A stretch of 64,000 nt of DNA from positions 606,656 through 670,655 of the forward strand of contig JAHDYR010000011.1 in NCBI GenBank assembly GCA_019828565.1. The letters run 5' to 3'. Within the stretch, counting starts at the first letter, position 1. Every line of letters starts with the position of its first letter. Positions 59,402-64,000 of the stretch are shown in pieces. This DNA comes from Carpediemonas membranifera BICM. Lineage: Eukaryota; Protista; Fornicata. Below the pieces are notes generated by a model that was not told the origin of the DNA, searched no databases, and was given only the letters and a program-made list of their open reading frames with translations. The position numbers were made by a program, and so were the translations under genes.

Positions 59402-59461
59402 ATGACAGGTCTGTGTGTGTCCCGCTTTTCGGAGATCTCCGAAAGTGAATTCGGGTCAACT

Positions 59462-59719
59462 CAGTACGAGTCGAGGAGCAGTACCCAGAGACTGCCACTA
59501 TACATGCAGGCACTGTACGGCCTCTAGCCGTGATGTATGCAGAATCAGTGCGATCGGGCGCGGGCCTCGATTTCCCGATTTTCATGAGCCTCATGAAATT
59601 TCGACGGCCAGTACGAGTCGAGGAGCAGTAGCCAGAGACTGCCACTGTACATGCAGGCACTGTACGGCCTCTAGCCGTGATATATGCAGAATCGGGGCGA
59701 TCGGGCGCGGGCCTCGATT
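59462..59719 (+). repeat. Two 111-bp direct repeats, period 147
   Basis: cagtacgagtcgaggagcagta...gggcctcgatt at 59462-59572 and 59609-59719. Confidence 0.9.
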
Positions 59720-59837
59720 ACTTTGACGAAGTTTCGATTTTTTCGGAATGGCATGTAAGAAAAAAAATCGAAACTTGCAGTTTATGTCATTTTCGTGTGT
59801 CCATTGGACACACATTTGAGTGTCGGCGTTGAGTGTG

Positions 59838-62800
59838 GGTGATTGGGCGGAGATGGAGCATAGGGGACTTAACCAGCGTGTTCAGCGCCCCGAACTACCC
59901 CCGGGCAGTCCACGACTTGAGGTCAAAAGATTGAGTAAAGATATGCTTTTACGACCTCGTCAATACGTGACATTTGAGGGCTGGGACTTCGCACCCATGT
60001 ATGCGTGCGGGCCTATAGACAGCTGTAGAGCGCACATGTCGCGATTCAGCCTCCATCTGGGTGTGGTCTACTCGTTGTCCGCTCGCCTTGCGTGATTGAA
60101 GCTGAGCGACGTGGCTGGATCAACTTGACCATGGTTTCAGCGAGGTGAAGAGTGAAATGTGCTCTATGGGGCCTAGAACGTGTCTAGCCGGGGGTGGTTG
60201 TGAACGCTGAGGTCTGCAACTCTGGGTTTGAGTCGCGGAATTCGATCCTCGGAATTTGGCGGTGATGGGGCGGAGATGGAGCATAGGGGGACTTCACCAG
60301 CGTGTTCAGCGCCCCGAACTACCCCCGGGCAGTCCACGACTTGAGGTCAAAAGATTGAGTAAAGATATGCTTTTACGACCTCGTCAATACGTGACATTTG
60401 AGGGCTGGGACTTCGCACCCATGTATGCGTGCGGGCCTATAGACAGCTGTAGAGCGCACATGTCGCGATTCAGCCTCCATCTGGGTGTGGTCTACTCGTT
60501 GTCCGCTCGCCTTGCGTGATTGAAGCTGAGCGACGTGGCTGGATCAACTTGACCATGGTTTCAGCGAGGTGAAGAGTGAAATGTGCTCTATGGGGCCTAG
60601 AACGTGTCTAGCCGGGGGTGGTTGTGAACGCTGAGGTCTGCAACTCTGGGTTTGAGTCGCGGAATTCGATCCTCGGGATTTGGCGGTGATGGGGCGGAGA
60701 TGGAGCATAGGGGACTTCACCAGCGTGTTCAACGCCCCGAACTACCCCCGGGCAGTCCACGACTTGAGGTCAAAAGATTGAGTAAAGATATGCTTTTACG
60801 ACCTCGTCAATACGTGACATTTGAGGGCTGGGACTTCGCACCCATGTATGCGTGCGGGCCTATAGACAGCTGTAGAGCGCACATGTCGCGATTCAGCCTC
60901 CATCTGGGTGTGGTCTACTCGTTGTCCGCTCGCCTTGCGTGATTGAAGCTGAGCGACGTGGCTGGATCAACTTGACCATGGTTTCAGCGAGATGAAGAGT
61001 GAAATGTGCTCTATGGGGCCTAGAACGTGTCTAGCCGGGGATGGTTGTGAACGCTGAGGTCTGCAACTCTGGGTTTGAGTCGCGGAATTCGATCCTCGGA
61101 ATTTGGCGGTGATGGGGCGGAGATGGAGCATAGGGGACTTCACCAGCGTGTTCAACGCCCCGAACTACCCCCGGGCAGTCCACGACTTGAGGTCAAAAGA
61201 TTGAGTAAAGATATGCTTTTACGACCTCGTCAATACGTGACATTTGAGGGCTGGGACTTCGCACCCATGTATGCGTGCGGGCCTATAGACAGCTGTAGAG
61301 CGCACATGTCGCGATTCAGCCTCCATCTGGGTGTGGTCTACTCGTTGTCCGCTCGCCTTGCGTGATTGAAGCTGAGCGACGTGGCTGGATCAACTTGACC
61401 ATGGTTTCAGCGAGGTGAAGAGTGAAATGTGCTCTATGGGGCCTAGAACGTGTCTAGCCGGGGGTGGTTGTGAACGCTGAGGTCTGCAACTCTGGGTTTG
61501 AGTCGCGGAATTCGATCCTCGGGATTTGGCGGTGATGGGGCGGAGATGGAGCATAGGGGACTTCACCAGCGTGTTCAGCGCCCCGAACTACCCCCGGGCA
61601 GTCCACGACTTGAGGTCAAAAAGATTGAGTAAAGATATGCTTTTACGACCTCGTCAATACGTGACATTTGAGGGCTGGGACTTCGCACCCATGTATGCGT
61701 GCGGGCCTATAGACAGCTGTAGAGCGCACATGTCGCGATTCAGCCTCCATCTGGGTGTGGTCTACTCGTTGTCCGCTCGCCTTGCGTGATTGAAGCTGAG
61801 CGACGTGGCTGGATCAACTTGACCATGGTTTCAGCGAGGTGAAGAGTGAAATGTGCTCTATGGGGCCTAGAACGTGTCTAGCCGGGGGTGGTTGTGAACG
61901 CTGAGGTCTGCAACTCTGGGTTTGAGTCGCGGAATTCGATCCTCGGAATTTGGCGGTGATGGGGCGGAGATGGAGCATAGGGGACTTCACCAGCGTGTTC
62001 AGCGCCCCGAACTACCCCCGGGCAGTCCACGACTTGAGGTCAAAAGATTGAGTAAAGATATGCTTTTACGACCTCGTCAATACGTGACATTTGAGGGCTG
62101 GGACTTCGCACCCATGTATGCGTGCGGGCCTATAGACAGCTGTAGAGCGCACATGTCGCGATTCAGCCTCCATCTGGGTGTGGTCTACTCGTTGTCCGCT
62201 CGCCTTGCGTGATTGAAGCTGAGCGACGTGGCTGGATCAACTTGACCATGGTTTCAGCGAGATGAAGAGTGAAATGTGCTCTATGGGGCCTAGAACGTGT
62301 CTAGCCGGGGGTGGTTGTGAACGCTGAGGTCTGCAACTCTGGGTTTGAGTCGCGGAATTCGATCCTCGGGATTTGGCGGTGATGGGGCGGAGATGGAGCA
62401 TAGTGGACTTCACCAGCGTGTTCAGCGCCCCGAACTACCCCGGGCAGTCCACGACTTGAGGTCAAAAAGATTGAGTAAAGATATGCTTTTACGACCTCGT
62501 CAATACGTGACATTTGAGGGCTGGGACTTCGCACCCATGTATGCGTGCGGGCCTATAGACAGCTGTAGAGCGCACATGTCGCGATTCAGCCTCCATCTGG
62601 GTGTGGTCTACTCGTTGTCCGCTCGCCTTGCGTGATTGAAGCTGAGCGACGTGGCTGGATCAACTTGACCATGGTTTCAGCGAGATGAAGAGTGAAATGT
62701 GCTCTATGGGGCCTAGAACGTGTCTAGCCGGGGGTGGTTGTGAACGCTGAGGTCTGCAACTCTGGGTTTGAGTCGCGGAATTCGATCCTCGGGATTTGGC

Positions 62801-64000
62801 GGTGATGGGGCGGAGATGGAGCATAGTGGACTTCACCAGCGTGTTCAGCGCCCCGAACTACCCCCGGGCAGTCCACGACTTGAGGTCAAAAAGATTGAGT
62901 AAAGATATGCTTTTACGACCTCGTCAATACGTGACATTTGAGGGCTGGGACTTCGCACCCATGTATGCGTGCGGGCCTATAGACAGCTGTAGAGCGCACA
63001 TGTCGCGATTCAGCCTCCATCTGGGTGTGGTCTACTCGTTGTCCGCTCGCCTTGCGTGATTGAAGCTGAGCGACGTGGCTGGATCAACTTGACCATGGTT
63101 TCAGCGAGATGAAGAGTGAAATGTGCTCTATGGGGCCTAGAACGTGTCTAGCCGGGGGTGGTTGTGAACGCTGAGGTCTGCAACTCTGGGTTTGAGTCGC
63201 GGAATTCGATCCTCGGGATTTGGCGGTGATGGGGCGGAGATGGAGCATAGTGGACTTCACCAGCGTGTTCAACGCCCCGAACTACCCCCGGGCAGTCCAC
63301 GACTTGAGGTCAAAAGATTGAGTAAAGATATGCTTTTACGACCTCGTCAATACGTGACATTTGAGGGGCTGGGACTTCGCACCCATGTATGCGTGCGGGC
63401 CTATAGACAGCTGTAGAGCGCACATGTCGCGATTCAGCCTCCATCTGGGTGTGGTCTACTCGTTGTCCGCTCGCCTTGCGTGATTGAAGCTGAGCGACGT
63501 GGCTGGATCAACTTGACCATGGTTTCAGCGAGGTGAAGAGTGAAATGTGCTCTATGGGGCCTAGAACGTGTCTAGCCGGGGGGTGGTTGTGAACGCTGAG
63601 GTCTGCAACTCTGGGTTTGAGTCGCGGAATTCGATCCTCGGGATTTGGCGGTGATGGGGCGGAGATGGAGCATAGTGGACTTCACCAGCGTGTTCAACGC
63701 CCCGAACTACCCCCGGGCAGTCCACGACTTGAGGTCAAAAGATTGCGTAAAGATATGCTTTGACGACCTCGTCAATACGTGACATTTGAGGGCTGGGACT
63801 TCGCACCCATGTATGCGTGCGGGCCTATAGACAGCTGTAGAGCGCACATGTCGCGATTCAGCCTCCATCTGGGTGTGGTCTACTCGTTGTCCGCTCGCCT
63901 TGCGTGATTGAAGCTGAGCGACGTGGCTGGATCAACTTGACCATGGTTTCAGCGAGATGAAGAGTGAAATGTGCTCTATGGGGCCTAGAACGTGTCTAGC
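59838..64000. repeat. 423-bp tandem satellite, about 9.8 copies, running off the window
   Basis: Near-identical units; ORF stops recur at 60095, 60519, 60942, 61365, 61789, 62212, 62635, 63059. Confidence 0.98.

Noticed and set aside
60235-60252. tRNA or Pol III B-box-like GGAATTCGATCC in the satellite
   Set aside because: No cloverleaf or A-box could be built; no 5S or snRNA similarity recognised.
59820-63416. Repeated 60-96-aa ORFs in the satellite
   Set aside because: Frames and starts vary between units and there are no motifs; treated as non-coding.

Overview
Eukaryotic DNA from a gene-dense, intron-poor flagellated protist (a CFAP410 orthologue and a 28-nt GT-AG intron are present; a metamonad-like source is a guess). 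1-8.0 kb holds compact host genes: a LAG1/TLC ceramide synthase end, a CK1/TTBK kinase, CFAP410 and coiled-coil proteins. From about 8.4 kb the window is a nested transposon cluster ending in a 423-bp satellite (59.8-64 kb), which suggests a pericentromeric or subtelomeric edge. The cluster holds four related Ty3/gypsy LTR-retrotransposon families (E1-E4; integrase chromodomain seen in E1 and E3) with very short LTRs (about 100-124 bp). None has a tRNA primer-binding site; each instead has a different perfect 12-14-bp palindrome at the 5' LTR end. E1 and E3 carry a homologous antisense accessory gene ending in a second chromo-like domain. An 8.8-kb APE-RT LINE inside E1 has an ORF1 with a Maelstrom/arenavirus-NP-like DEDDh + Zn nuclease domain. 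At 34-58 kb a mosaic of duplicated segments carries PHD, SET, OTU and tyrosine-recombinase-N-domain genes and a CMC-like transposase. Many single-base frameshifts fall in homopolymer runs and are probably assembly errors.
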